The notes under the pieces were generated by a model. That model was not told the DNA's origin, made no database searches, and was given only the letters and a program-made list of their open reading frames with translations. This document shows positions 8,935-19,935 of a stretch of DNA of 64,000 nucleotides, one piece after another. The position numbers were made by a program, and so were the translations under genes. The stretch comes from an uncultured Akkermansia sp. (GTDB lineage Bacteria > Verrucomicrobiota > Verrucomicrobiia > Verrucomicrobiales > Akkermansiaceae), in the NCBI GenBank assembly GCA_964545935.1, contig CAZJIH010000001.1, positions 10,805-74,804 of the forward strand, read 5' to 3'. Position 1 is the first letter of the stretch. Each line of letters opens with the position of its first letter.

Positions 8935-10179
8935 TCACACAAACATCTCCCTTAATAATGCCCGCTTGAGTGTCCTCTGCTTCTCGAGTTCCTTCTGCAG
9001 AATGCAAATGAGATGATCTATAGTTAGCAGTAATTGAGCTATCCGTCCTTGCTCTTCTTTGTCGGGATAACAGACATGGGTGCTGCCAACAATTTCTTTA
9101 TTGAGATTATGAACTGCACTGCCGGCAGCCATTGCCTCAAACTGCTTGAGCATGCGTATTGTACCCAACATGTAACAGAGAAAAAGCTGGATATATGTGC
9201 CACTTTTATTTCGAATGAGTAACCATCCATCATGGATGCAGCCGTCAATTTTCATTATGTAGGGTCTTCCAAAACTCATGGAATTTGAGAGTATTAAGTC
9301 CCCGGGATGCACCTCTCTCGTTTTGCTTAGCCCTTCCGGTCTTATTTTTTCAGATGTGGATTCTATATAATTACCATGCAAGGGAGCATCTCCAATTTTT
9401 ATCCAATTCAGTCCGTTTTCATTCCTAGTAATGTATGACTCAATGGGTCTCGGTGATCCCCCTCTTTCAATATCGACAGTTTCAATAAAACTACATCCCT
9501 GCCACTCCCCCTCAAACCCGGCGAAACGGATGTCGGGGACTTTCTGACCCTGCCGGGGGAAGAGTTTGTTGAGGAGTTGCTTTTTGAGGAGAATGAGACG
9601 CTCGAGCTTCTTTTGTCGGAGCTCGATAAGTTTATCCAGTGCCCGGAAGAATTGACCGATGCGGGATTGCTCCGCCGTAAGGGACGCAATCGTGAGACAT
9701 ACAGACGTCAACGCACTTGCCGATAGATGCTTTACTACAGCTCCGGAAACACAGCGCAATAACTGATTTCTGTGCACATTAATGGCATAACATATGTACA
9801 CCGGATCTACGCTATGCTTCAAACGTAAAATGATTATATCACCACCAAGAATAACGCCACTCTTCAAAATAACCGAGCATCGAGCTAATCCTGTGGGTGT
9901 GACATCTGATGCAGGAAAGAGGATATCTCCATTTCGAGATGTTTGTACGGCAGCTTTATCCGTTCTCGAAATGGGATTATCAATGCACTCACCATACCTT
10001 GTAAAAAGTTCGCCATAGTGTATGCATTCCCTCTTCCCCAATGCAGCAATTTCATTCTTTTGGAAAGACTGTCCCTTAAACCATCCATCTGAAACGTCTC
10101 CAAGTGTTTTCAAATCAACACCCCCCTCGAACCCGGCGAAGCGGATAGCAGGCACGTTTTTATTCGTATCGTGGGACAT
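8935..10179 (-). CDS. hsdS: Type I R-M specificity subunit S
   Basis: Two TRDs, each preceded by VPxIRFAGFEG and followed by EQxRI...LLxxxF helices; lies between hsdM and hsdR. Confidence 0.93.
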   Translation of the reverse strand: MSHDTNKNVPAIRFAGFEGGVDLKTLGDVSDGWFKGQSFQKNEIAALGKRECIHYGELFTRYGECIDNPISRTDKAAVQTSRNGDILFPASDVTPTGLARCSVILKSGVILGGDIIILRLKHSVDPVYICYAINVHRNQLLRCVSGAVVKHLSASALTSVCLTIASLTAEQSRIGQFFRALDKLIELRQKKLERLILLKKQLLNKLFPRQGQKVPDIRFAGFEGEWQGCSFIETVDIERGGSPRPIESYITRNENGLNWIKIGDAPLHGNYIESTSEKIRPEGLSKTREVHPGDLILSNSMSFGRPYIMKIDGCIHDGWLLIRNKSGTYIQLFLCYMLGTIRMLKQFEAMAAGSAVHNLNKEIVGSTHVCYPDKEEQGRIAQLLLTIDHLICILQKELEKQRTLKRALLREMFV

Positions 10180-10181
10180 GG

Positions 10182-12749
10182 TCAGACACGCTTGAGGAGG
10201 TTTTGGAGTTCGCGGATGCCCGCCATATCGGAATCACTGCCGGAGAGTTGGGTGAGCATTTCGGAGAGTTCGGACTCTGTTTTGGTGATTTCAGCGTCCA
10301 GAGAGGGGAGAGTCGTTTCGTACTTGGCGGCGAGAGAACGGACGCGGGAGATGAGGTCAGCAATGATTTTTTCCGGGATGGCGGCGATGCTATCCATCAG
10401 CGGGGAGACCCATTTTCGGAGCAAGAGGGGTTGGATGTCATCTTCGGGAAGGTTCTCGATGCACCGGCGGGTGCGGAGCACGAGGTCAGCTTCAGCCTCC
10501 TTGATTTTCTTTTTGAAGGCTTTTTGTTCCTTGAGCAGGCGGTCGGCGGACCGAGCGTGCGCCAAGTACTGCACCTCCTCCGGGGAAGAAGGAGACTTGA
10601 GGGCTTTCAGCTGAGCGGTGACGCTACCGGCGACAAAGGCATCCTCCGCCTCATTGAGCAGTTGATCTCTTTCATCGTTATCCAGTTCATTGAGCAGAGA
10701 CTCCAGTTCACCGGCGACATCGTTCTGCCGCCGGACGAGATCCTGCGCAGCCCGCAATTCCTCGTCTAAGAAGGCGTGTTGCACGAGGTCGAAGGGGAGG
10801 ATATGCCCGATCCAGCCGTCCTGCACTTCTACCTCCTTGCCCTCCTTTTTCTTGATGACCATGTTGGGGTCCACCTGACGGACAGCTTGCCCCAGCCCCT
10901 CCGTCTGAATGATCTCGAGGTCACCGGAGATCACGTTCCAAGCCTCGCTGAAGAGCTGGTAGACGGCATACCGGTCGACCAAGGGGAGCTCCCGCGCCCG
11001 CGAGAAAATATCCGCGCTGAGAGCGGATTCTTCTTGGGCGACACGGAGAGACTCCGTGCGCGAGACTAGGTGCTCCTGAAAGACATCCGGCAGGGAGCGG
11101 AAGGCGGAGCCGCAAGAGTCCCTGAAAGCGGCGACTGAAGGGTGTGAGCGGATGGACTGCGCGATGTCCCGCGCGGCGAGGGTGGGGAAACCGTTTTCCG
11201 GGCGCGTGAATAAAGACTCCCGCAACCCGGGGAAGGCGGACCAATACAGCGCGAGGGCATCGATCTCCTGCGGGGGGATGCCACCGAACATGGCGGCGTA
11301 AAGGTCGAAAGATTCGGGCGGTTCCGAGGAGTCGATGTAACGCGGGATATTCAGGTTGTAGTCGTTGGCGCGGATTTCCTCGATGGGCACACACCGGGAG
11401 AAGCGGTCGATATTTGCCCTACCGATGACAGCGTCCCAAATTCTGCGGATATCACAGGCGCGTAGGCGGTTATTTTTTCCGTCCTTCACGAAGCCCTTAG
11501 AGGCATCGATGAAGAGGATGTCATTTTCCGAGCGATTTTGGCGCAGCACCATGATAATTGTGGGGATGCCGGTGCCGAAGAAGATGTTGGCGGGCAAACC
11601 GATGATAGCGTGGATATGCCCCCTCTCCACGAGGTTGCGGCGGATAGCCCCTTCCTCCCCGCCGCGAAAGAGGACGCCGTGGGGGAGGACGATGCACATG
11701 ATGCCATCGTGCTTCAGGTGGTAGAGGTCGTGCAGGAGGAACGCGTAATCCGCCTTGGACTTCGGAGCCAGACCAAACTCGGCAAAGCGCGGGTCTTGGT
11801 CTTTGTGGACGGGGTTCCAATTTTGGGAGTAAGGGGGATTCGAAACGATGGCGTCCACCCGCAATGGTTGAAAACCGTGCTGATCATCCTCCATCGGCCA
11901 GTCTTCCTCTAGGGTATCCGCGCAACGCACGGAAATGTTATCCGGTAAAATGCCTCGCATCACGAGATTCATGCGGGTCAGGTTGTAGGTGTTTACCTTC
12001 AACTCCTGTGCGTAATACGAAACACTATCACTATCGGGGGAGATATACCTACCCATCGCACGTCCGATGTTGATAAGCAAGGAACCGGAGCCGCTCGCCG
12101 AGTCGTAGATGCTCACCACCTCGCGGTCTCGGAGGTGGTGGGCCACAATTTCGGACATGAGCAGGGAGATTTCGTGCGGGGTGTAAAACTCCCCGGCTTT
12201 CTTCCCGGCGTTCGCGGCAAATTGGCTGATGAGGAATTCGTAGATGTAGCCCAGCACGTCATAATCCTGCCGCCCCTCCATGGGAATCTCCGCAATGAGA
12301 CGCAGTAGCTTCCTGACGGCATTCGTCTGCGCACCGGAAGTATCCCCCAAGTTGCCGAGTCCTCCCCGCAGTGTATCAAATATTTTGTTGAAGACTGCCT
12401 TATGCGATGCGTGGATGTGATTCTCAAAGGATATGAGCGCGTCACTCACGTCGGCAACATTGAAGTCGTTCCCGGCGTGGAGCCACGTCGAAAAAAGGTA
12501 CTTGTACGGGATGAAATAACCCTTTGCCTCCTCCACGAACGTCACCGTGTCGCTCTGCTCCTCACTCACCAGCTCAGCCCAGTCTTCTCTCGGGTAGCCT
12601 TGCTTAATGAGAAAACTCTCTTCCCCCTCCGAAAGAAATCTGTAGAAGATAAAGCCTAGGATGTAGTCCTTGTATTCATTCGCCTCAATCTTGGAACGCA
12701 TCTTGTTCGCCGCGTCCCATATCTTTGCTGCAAGCTGCTGTTTATTCAT
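10182..12749 (-). CDS. hsdM: Type I R-M methyltransferase subunit M (long form)
   Basis: GEFYTP, YDSASGSGSLL, VSNPPY, VLPHGVLFRG, YNLNIPRY; C-terminal helical extension. Confidence 0.95.
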   Translation of the reverse strand: MNKQQLAAKIWDAANKMRSKIEANEYKDYILGFIFYRFLSEGEESFLIKQGYPREDWAELVSEEQSDTVTFVEEAKGYFIPYKYLFSTWLHAGNDFNVADVSDALISFENHIHASHKAVFNKIFDTLRGGLGNLGDTSGAQTNAVRKLLRLIAEIPMEGRQDYDVLGYIYEFLISQFAANAGKKAGEFYTPHEISLLMSEIVAHHLRDREVVSIYDSASGSGSLLINIGRAMGRYISPDSDSVSYYAQELKVNTYNLTRMNLVMRGILPDNISVRCADTLEEDWPMEDDQHGFQPLRVDAIVSNPPYSQNWNPVHKDQDPRFAEFGLAPKSKADYAFLLHDLYHLKHDGIMCIVLPHGVLFRGGEEGAIRRNLVERGHIHAIIGLPANIFFGTGIPTIIMVLRQNRSENDILFIDASKGFVKDGKNNRLRACDIRRIWDAVIGRANIDRFSRCVPIEEIRANDYNLNIPRYIDSSEPPESFDLYAAMFGGIPPQEIDALALYWSAFPGLRESLFTRPENGFPTLAARDIAQSIRSHPSVAAFRDSCGSAFRSLPDVFQEHLVSRTESLRVAQEESALSADIFSRARELPLVDRYAVYQLFSEAWNVISGDLEIIQTEGLGQAVRQVDPNMVIKKKEGKEVEVQDGWIGHILPFDLVQHAFLDEELRAAQDLVRRQNDVAGELESLLNELDNDERDQLLNEAEDAFVAGSVTAQLKALKSPSSPEEVQYLAHARSADRLLKEQKAFKKKIKEAEADLVLRTRRCIENLPEDDIQPLLLRKWVSPLMDSIAAIPEKIIADLISRVRSLAAKYETTLPSLDAEITKTESELSEMLTQLSGSDSDMAGIRELQNLLKRV

Positions 12750-13381
12750 CGGTAAAAGCTCTCGTCACCCGGTATTGTAGCGGAAAATCCGTGCGTTCGC
12801 AAGTGTAATTCATACCCGAACCGAGAAAAATAACAGTCGGGTCAAAAAAATCCCGAGGATGAACCCGCATTCGGACAAGAATAGTGCACCAAAATATCTG
12901 TAACACATTTTCATCCATAGTACTGTGTTATATATTACCCTTTCTCTAGGGATGGATGCTGCAAAAGATGCAAATGCTCTGATTAAAATAACATCTTTCT
13001 ACCCGGCTGTTTCCTTCATGTACTCATACCCATTTCCCTTTCCTCCCCCTAGTGCTACTCTTCCCCTCTCTCCAAAAAACATTCTCAGCTAACAACGAAT
13101 CCTTTATGAATATTCTGTGCCATTGCTACGCTCTCTGCGTTCGCAAAGGCGACTATGCAGGTTACATCCCGTCCTGACATCCGTTTGCACCACATCACTC
13201 ATTTCCTGTCTGCAACTTACAAACTCTTTGGTGTACATTTTTGTCCGAGAGATAAACTTACTCCCCCGAATTTTGTCCGTTCGGTGCACTGATTTCTGCC
13301 CGAATGCGCTGTGATTCGGTGTGCCGTATTATTCTTGAATTTTTCGCATATATCAGGTATAATCGGTGAGGGAAGCAATGC

Positions 13382-16177
13382 ATGATGGAGGCATCTGACA
13401 GAGCGGACAAGGAGCAGAGGTGGATGGAAGAGAGAGTATGGCCGACGTGGATGATACGTGTCGGTGGTGGATTGTTGGCATTGTTGGGGATGCTCATACT
13501 GGTCAGTTTGATGAGCTATCGTCCTGCGGAGGTAGGATGGTCGGTGTTGAGACCTGATGGGATACAGCCTGTGGAAGGATGTACAAATATGCTTGGTGTA
13601 GTAGGGTTGTACACGGCGAATATACTGTATAGTTTGTTCGGATTGGGAGCAATATACGGAGCATTTTTGCTGCAGGTGCCGGCGTGGGGAATTGTTTTGA
13701 ACCCGGAAGAAAAGCGGGTAGGTCAGTGGATAGCGATGGGGGTAATGCTATTTACAGCTTGCTGTGCCTTGGCTGTGCAACCATGGTTTTTCACGGAATG
13801 CACCGCTCGTTTAGGGTTAGTCAGTTGCGGAGGCTGGGTCGGTTTTTTACCGGGTACAAAAGCATTACAGGCATTGCTAGGCGTTCAACGTTCCCTAGGT
13901 TTCTTCATCCTCTTCCACGCCATTGCCCTCATTTACATAGCTCGTGTTACTCCTATCGATTTGTGCAGAGCAGTGAAAGAGGATATACTGCGTCTCATTG
14001 CTTATTTGCGAGAACGTCGGCGCCTTGCTCGCGAACGGAAAGAGCGGGAAGCTGTCTCTTGGCGCATAAGCCTCCCCCCGGAGGAACCGAAATCCGAAAC
14101 ACCGCCCAACGTATCCCCCGAGTCCGGTGCTTTGTTCGCTCCGCAGTCTTCGTTCTCGCATCCGGAATCTCAGCGTTCCCATACCCCCGCACCTCAGCCA
14201 ACGGATACCCGCGATGAGACCCGAGAACCGGAGTCAGTGCAGTCCCCTTCCCAACTCCCCCCTAAACAGCCGCTCGCTCCCGCACCGGTCATTTCACGTC
14301 CCTCGCCCGTAAAGCAGGGGGGGGAGAATTTGCTTAAACTCAATGAACAGAATCCGGATGGTCTCCCCGTCTCTAACCAACTTGTTCGCCGAACCGGGGA
14401 GACCGGCACGAGCTCGGGTAAATCGGGGCTCATACTGAATCCGTCCATGGTACGGGCTATAGAGAAACACCTAGGTGTGAAAACACCTCCCGAAGCGGTC
14501 AATGATGTTGCACCGGTGTCTCGTCCGAGTAAAATAGCCTTACCTCCACCCCGTCGCCATGACCTCGATGATTATCCTCTGCCATCATACGAATTGCTTA
14601 AGTATGAACCTATTCCGGAAAGTGTACGGGAGCAGGCTCGGGCAGAAATGCTCGAAACTCAGGCCACGATTATCGATACCTTGGAGTCTTTCAAAATTCC
14701 TGTACAGGGCGGAGATATAACACGTGGTCCGAGTGTGACACGCTATGAATTCATGGTTCCGCGCGGTCAGACTGTAAAGGCTGTAGCCGGCAAGAGCAAA
14801 GACATCATGGCTGCCACACAGAGTACGTCTGTCAACATTCTTGCCCCTATTCCTGGTAAATCGACCGTGGGTGTAGAGCTGGAAAACAGTGTGAAGGAAC
14901 CGGTTTATCTGCGCGAACTTCTTATGTCGGAGGAGTTCCACAATCCCAAAAATCGCATTCCGGTTGCTCTCGGAAAAGATGTTTACGGGAATCCGGTAAT
15001 CGGTGACCTCGCCGGGATGCCTCATGTGCTCGTTGCAGGTTCCACCGGTTCAGGTAAGTCGGTGTGTATCAACAGTATGCTTGTCTCTTTCCTTTATAAG
15101 TTCCGTCCGGATAAATTGAGGCTGGTGCTGGTTGATCCTAAGGTCGTGGAGATGCAGCCGTACAACAAACTACCTCACCTCGCTGTGCCGGTAGTTACGC
15201 AGCCGGAACGCGTTATCGGTGCTCTGCGTTGGGCTGTCAATGAGATGGAGTACAGATATAAGTTATTTAGCCGCATCGGAGTACGTAACCTTGAAGATTA
15301 CAATGCTTTGCCCGATGATGTCAAGTTGACGGCACCTCCGCAGGAGGACGTATCACCGTCTATCGAAGACCCGGATGCGGCGGACGCAATTGTGCGCGAT
15401 GTGGAAGATTCCCAAGGCGAAGACTTACCGGAAGAGACGGAGGAAGATTTGATGCAAGACGAACTCGACTTCGCGGAACGTGGTCCCATGCCGCTACATC
15501 TCCCTTACATCGTTATTGTTATCGATGAGCTGGCCGACCTCATGATGCAAGTAAAACAGGATTTGGAAGTCTATATCGGACGCCTCACCCAAAAAGCGCG
15601 TGCGGCAGGCCTACATCTTATTGTGGCAACACAATCTCCTCGTGCTCAAGTTGTTACGGGTATTATCAAGACCAATCTGCCATCACGTATAGCCCTGAAA
15701 GTTTCCAGTCAGCTGGACTCTCGTGTTATTCTCGATGAAGGTGGTGCAGAAAATTTACTCGGTCGAGGCGATTTACTTTACTTACCACCCGGTGGTCCGA
15801 GTAAAATGACACGTGCGCAAGGGGCTTTTGTCTCCGACGCAGAAATCGCCGCCATCATCAATCACTGCGCATCCCATGCGGAGCAACATTTTGTACAGGG
15901 AGCCGCAGAAATTATCAACGAAGCCGACTCCGGCGGTGGTGACTTCTCCAAATCTTCACGCGGAGGCTCTGCTCCTATCAACGATGAAGAAGAGCTTTAC
16001 AACCGCTGCGTCAGCTTAGTTATCACCGAACGTAAGGCGAGCACATCCCTCCTTCAGCGCCGCTTCAGCATCGGCTACGGTCGCGCCGCTAAAATCATGG
16101 ACCTTATGGAGGAACGCGGAGTTATCTCCCCCCAACAGAGTGGCAGCAAAGCTCGTGAAGTCCTCATCGATTCATAA
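13382..16177 (+). CDS. ftsK: DNA translocase FtsK
   Basis: N-terminal TM region, Pro-rich linker, AGSTGSGKS, IVIDELADLM, gamma domain LLQRRFSIGYGRAA; upstream TTGAAT-17-TATAAT. Confidence 0.95.
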   Translation: MMEASDRADKEQRWMEERVWPTWMIRVGGGLLALLGMLILVSLMSYRPAEVGWSVLRPDGIQPVEGCTNMLGVVGLYTANILYSLFGLGAIYGAFLLQVPAWGIVLNPEEKRVGQWIAMGVMLFTACCALAVQPWFFTECTARLGLVSCGGWVGFLPGTKALQALLGVQRSLGFFILFHAIALIYIARVTPIDLCRAVKEDILRLIAYLRERRRLARERKEREAVSWRISLPPEEPKSETPPNVSPESGALFAPQSSFSHPESQRSHTPAPQPTDTRDETREPESVQSPSQLPPKQPLAPAPVISRPSPVKQGGENLLKLNEQNPDGLPVSNQLVRRTGETGTSSGKSGLILNPSMVRAIEKHLGVKTPPEAVNDVAPVSRPSKIALPPPRRHDLDDYPLPSYELLKYEPIPESVREQARAEMLETQATIIDTLESFKIPVQGGDITRGPSVTRYEFMVPRGQTVKAVAGKSKDIMAATQSTSVNILAPIPGKSTVGVELENSVKEPVYLRELLMSEEFHNPKNRIPVALGKDVYGNPVIGDLAGMPHVLVAGSTGSGKSVCINSMLVSFLYKFRPDKLRLVLVDPKVVEMQPYNKLPHLAVPVVTQPERVIGALRWAVNEMEYRYKLFSRIGVRNLEDYNALPDDVKLTAPPQEDVSPSIEDPDAADAIVRDVEDSQGEDLPEETEEDLMQDELDFAERGPMPLHLPYIVIVIDELADLMMQVKQDLEVYIGRLTQKARAAGLHLIVATQSPRAQVVTGIIKTNLPSRIALKVSSQLDSRVILDEGGAENLLGRGDLLYLPPGGPSKMTRAQGAFVSDAEIAAIINHCASHAEQHFVQGAAEIINEADSGGGDFSKSSRGGSAPINDEEELYNRCVSLVITERKASTSLLQRRFSIGYGRAAKIMDLMEERGVISPQQSGSKAREVLIDS

Positions 16178-16316
16178 AACATCACTCGGCTCGGCTTCCG
16201 TGACGCAAAATCCGGAATTCATCGGCAGGGCTGCGGTTCTGTGGGTTGACTTTTCTATCTTCGCGTGCTAAAATACCCCTGCTCCGATGTAGCGGAGGAA
16301 CTCTTACAAAAAAGTT

Positions 16317-17810
16317 ATGAAACCGGCAACACTTAATTGCACAGTATTACGCGATGGACACCAATCGTTGGCTGCCACGCGCATGTCGACGGAACAAATG
16401 GAACCCGTAGCACCGATACTGGACACCATGGGATTTTCGGCGTTAGAGACTTGGGGAGGGGCGTCTATAGACGCGGGGTTGCGCTTTTTGGGCGAATTAC
16501 CTTTCCATCGGCTCGATGTACTTAAAAAATTGGCACCGAAGACACCGCACATGATGCTGTTACGCGGACAAAACATGGTAGGGTACACAAATTATGCAGA
16601 TGATGTAGTAGAAGCTTTTGTAAAATTAAGTGCCAAACACGGTATGAACATCTTCCGGATATTCGATTGTTTGAACGACCCGGAAAACATGCGTACTTCT
16701 ATTCGGGCTGCCAAGGAAGCCGGTGCCATCGCCCATGGTACCATCTGTTATACTACTTCCCCGGTGCATAACCTAGAATACTTTGCAGAACTCGGTCAAA
16801 AAATAGCGGACATGGGAGCGGATGGCATCGTTATTAAGGACATGGCGGGGCTTATTCCTCCGTCGGAAACGGCTGCCTTGGTAAAGGTGCTCAAAGAAAG
16901 GACCGGTCTACCGGTTTGGATACATACTCACGAAACGGCCGGTCTCGGTGCCGCGTCTTACGTAGCCGGTATCAATGCAGGCGCGGATGCGGTAGATTGT
17001 TCCGTTGCCCCCTTTGCAAACGGTACCGGGCAACCCGATTGTATGCGCATGCTGGCACTCCTGAACGGCTACGAACGCTGCCCCATTGTGGCAGATGATT
17101 TCAAAGAGAAATTAGCACAGGTTTCAACCATGTTGCAGCCTATCTACGACAGCCTATGCCGCTTCACCAACCACAAAAACGAAATCGTCAACAGCGATAC
17201 CCTGCGATACCAAGTACCCGGCGGTATGCTCTCCAATTTCCGTAATCAACTCAAAGGGATGAACATGACGGATAAATTCGAAGAGGTTTTTGCTGAGATA
17301 CCTGTGGTACGTAAAGCATTGGGATGGATACCCTTGGTGACCCCGACATCGCAAATTGTAGGTGTCCAAGCCGTGATGAATGTTAAATTCGGACGTTGGA
17401 AAAAAATTATCCCACAATGCTCTGACGTAGCCCTCGGATACTATGGGCATACCCCGGCTCCGGTGGATAAAGAACTGCAGGCTCTCTGCGCTAAAAAGAT
17501 CGGGAAAGACCCCATAACATGCCGCCCGGCTGACCTCATCAAATCTGATATGCCGAATCTGCGTAATAAATTGAAAGATAAAGGAATACAGGATACAGAT
17601 GAAAATTGTGTAATCTACGCTATGTTCCCGCAGCAGTTGGAAGACTATTATGCCGGAAAACGTCCGGAACCTCCTACAGCAAAAAAACCGGAGAAACCCG
17701 TTGCGCCTGTATACCCCACCAATATCGGAGTATCCGCGAGTATAGCCGGACGTGACATGAAGTTGAATGTTCTCGGTAAAGTCTACGATGTGCATATCGA
17801 AGAATTGTAA
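16317..17810 (+). CDS. Pyruvate carboxylase subunit B / oxaloacetate decarboxylase alpha-like carboxyltransferase, without a biotinyl domain
   Basis: LRDGHQSL, ETWGGA, MLLRGQN, IKDMAG, HTHETAG, QVPGGM, LVTPTSQIVG; no EAMKM motif. Confidence 0.85.
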   Translation: MKPATLNCTVLRDGHQSLAATRMSTEQMEPVAPILDTMGFSALETWGGASIDAGLRFLGELPFHRLDVLKKLAPKTPHMMLLRGQNMVGYTNYADDVVEAFVKLSAKHGMNIFRIFDCLNDPENMRTSIRAAKEAGAIAHGTICYTTSPVHNLEYFAELGQKIADMGADGIVIKDMAGLIPPSETAALVKVLKERTGLPVWIHTHETAGLGAASYVAGINAGADAVDCSVAPFANGTGQPDCMRMLALLNGYERCPIVADDFKEKLAQVSTMLQPIYDSLCRFTNHKNEIVNSDTLRYQVPGGMLSNFRNQLKGMNMTDKFEEVFAEIPVVRKALGWIPLVTPTSQIVGVQAVMNVKFGRWKKIIPQCSDVALGYYGHTPAPVDKELQALCAKKIGKDPITCRPADLIKSDMPNLRNKLKDKGIQDTDENCVIYAMFPQQLEDYYAGKRPEPPTAKKPEKPVAPVYPTNIGVSASIAGRDMKLNVLGKVYDVHIEEL

Positions 17811-17827
17811 AAATCGGGACGGAACAC

Positions 17828-18757
17828 ATGGATGCTAAGTTAATTATTATCGGAACGGGACCTGCCGGGTATACTGCTGCGATTTATGCGGCTCGTGCTG
17901 ATTTATCGCCCTTGGTTTTCACCGGTCCGCAGCTCGGGGGACAACTAACCACTACCTCAAATGTGGAAAATTTCCCCGGATTTCCGGAGGGGATCATGGG
18001 ACCTGACCTCATGTTTAACATGAGCCAACAGGCAGAAAAATTCGGTGCGAAAATGGTATACGAGGAAGTCGTATCGGTCACACATGAAGCATGCAGCGGT
18101 GAGTTTGTGGTCACTTCATCCGCTGCCGCTTATAAAGCTTCGGCGGTGATTATTGCATCCGGGGCAACGGCGCGATACCTAGGACTGCCGGGAGAAAAGG
18201 AACTCATCGGTCACGGTCTCACAGCGTGTGCTACCTGCGACGGCGCTTTCTACCGCGATGTACCGGTGTGCGTAGTCGGCGGCGGTGACAGTGCCTGCGA
18301 GGAAGCTCATTTCCTTACGCGCTTCGCCGCAAAAGTTTACTTACTGCACCGTCGGGATTCTCTGCGTGCCGGTAAAACGATGCAGCAACGTGTGCTCTCT
18401 CACCCGAAAATTTTCCCTATTTGGAATTCCGCGATTTCTGCGTACCGTTGCGGGGATGACGGCGAACTCTGTGGGGTAGACCTGCGTAATATCTCTACCG
18501 GTGAATTGAGTACCTTAGACGTCAAGTGTGTCTTTATGGCCATCGGTCATTCCCCGAACAGCCACATCGTTGCCGGGCTGGTCGACCTGGACCCCGCAGG
18601 TTTCATCCTTACTCAAGGCGCTTCCACCGCTACTAAAACTCCGGGACTTTTTGCCGCAGGGGATGTAGCAGACCCTTCGTACCGCCAAGCTATCTCAGCT
18701 GCCGGTATGGGTTGCCGCGCCGCTCTGGATGCCGAACGTTTCCTCCTTTCTCTCTGA
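17828..18757 (+). CDS. trxB: Thioredoxin reductase
   Basis: GTGPAGYTAA, CATCDG, GGGDSACEEA, FAAGDV. Confidence 0.95.
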   Translation: MDAKLIIIGTGPAGYTAAIYAARADLSPLVFTGPQLGGQLTTTSNVENFPGFPEGIMGPDLMFNMSQQAEKFGAKMVYEEVVSVTHEACSGEFVVTSSAAAYKASAVIIASGATARYLGLPGEKELIGHGLTACATCDGAFYRDVPVCVVGGGDSACEEAHFLTRFAAKVYLLHRRDSLRAGKTMQQRVLSHPKIFPIWNSAISAYRCGDDGELCGVDLRNISTGELSTLDVKCVFMAIGHSPNSHIVAGLVDLDPAGFILTQGASTATKTPGLFAAGDVADPSYRQAISAAGMGCRAALDAERFLLSL

Positions 18758-18762
18758 AATCT

Positions 18763-19413
18763 ATGAAAACCGCCGCTCTCACAATAACCATTGCCGCTTC
18801 GTTTCTTTGCTCCTGTAGTCAGGAACCGCTGAAAATTACAGAACATGCCGCTTCTCTCACAAAACAAGCCCATGCCCTGTACAATGCCAAACAGTATTCT
18901 CGAGCTCTGCCCTTGTTGAGGGAAGCTGCTGCCGCCGGTAACTCCGACGCGCAACTCCTGCTCGCCAAATGTTACGACTTCGGGTACGGGGTTCCTTCCA
19001 ACATGCCGGAAGCTATTAAGTGGTATACCGCCGCCGCTAATGTCGGTAACGCAAATGCTTTGGATAATTTAGGTACTTGCTATTCAACAGGTAGCGGTGT
19101 TTCCAAAGACCATGCCAAGGCTTTTACGCTCTTTTCCATGGCTGCCGCGCAGAATAATTCTTCGGCTCTCAATAATTTGGGACTATGCTACTTAAACGGA
19201 GAGGGTACTCCCGTTAATCAAACCCTCGCGGCTGATTCTTTTCAACGCTCCGCAAACTTAGGTAACGCTGATGGTCAATTTAATCTTGGGCGTTGTTTTC
19301 ACTTCGGTATCGGCGTCCCGACCGATGAAGAAAAAGCTAAATCGTGGGTAAAAAAAGCAGCGGCTAACGGACATGAAAATGCCGCCGGATTTATCAATGA
19401 CATGCATTGGTGA
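18763..19413 (+). CDS. Sel1-repeat lipoprotein
   Basis: Lipobox-like FLCSC; repeated A(Q/L)xxLGxCYxxGxGV units. Start reassigned to 18763. Confidence 0.85.
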   Translation: MKTAALTITIAASFLCSCSQEPLKITEHAASLTKQAHALYNAKQYSRALPLLREAAAAGNSDAQLLLAKCYDFGYGVPSNMPEAIKWYTAAANVGNANALDNLGTCYSTGSGVSKDHAKAFTLFSMAAAQNNSSALNNLGLCYLNGEGTPVNQTLAADSFQRSANLGNADGQFNLGRCFHFGIGVPTDEEKAKSWVKKAAANGHENAAGFINDMHW

Positions 19414-19503
19414 AACCACAGTCCCCCTGCCCCACCCGACGTGAGCAGCGGTTCGATTGTTTTGTATTGCTAAATGTGGATGTGTAAGTGTAGATTGTTG
19501 AGT

Positions 19504-19935
19504 ATGAAATGCCGAAAACTCATACCGGTAACGGCGGTGGCACTACTGTGCATCACTTCGTGTGTAGGTACAAAAAATATCCGAATTATAACGGAACCGA
19601 AAGGAGCCTCGGTAAGTATTAACGGAGAACTCCAAAAGGAAGTAACTCCGGCAAATGTTAAGGTAGAGCAAAAAAGAGATTTAGGCATTGTGGTCAGTCT
19701 GCCGGGGTATGAAACCGCTTCCCGTACAGTCTACACACGCACGAATTGGTGGCTTTCCCTGCTCTGGACAAAGACGGACCCGCGTGCTCGTTTCATCGAA
19801 GAAGATGAAGTCTACATCCCCTTGAAAAAAATTCCCACCTTACAGGAATACGTACCGACAACCCTTCCGGCATACTCGAAGGAACACAAAAAGGCAACTA
19901 CACCTCCCCTGCGATCTATGCCGAAAAATCTATAA
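19504..19935 (+). CDS. PEGA-domain lipoprotein
   Basis: Lipobox ITSC; ITEPKGASVSING...TP...SLPGYE. Start reassigned to 19504. Confidence 0.75.
   Translation: MKCRKLIPVTAVALLCITSCVGTKNIRIITEPKGASVSINGELQKEVTPANVKVEQKRDLGIVVSLPGYETASRTVYTRTNWWLSLLWTKTDPRARFIEEDEVYIPLKKIPTLQEYVPTTLPAYSKEHKKATTPPLRSMPKNL

Noticed and set aside
8935-12749. Phase-variable hsdS shufflon
   Set aside because: Single hsdS, no silent inverted copies and no recombinase in the window.
12750-13380. ncRNA or replication origin in the long hsdM-ftsK intergenic region
   Set aside because: No DnaA-box cluster, recognisable RNA family or convincing ORF; only the two flanking promoters and a pyrimidine tract are visible.
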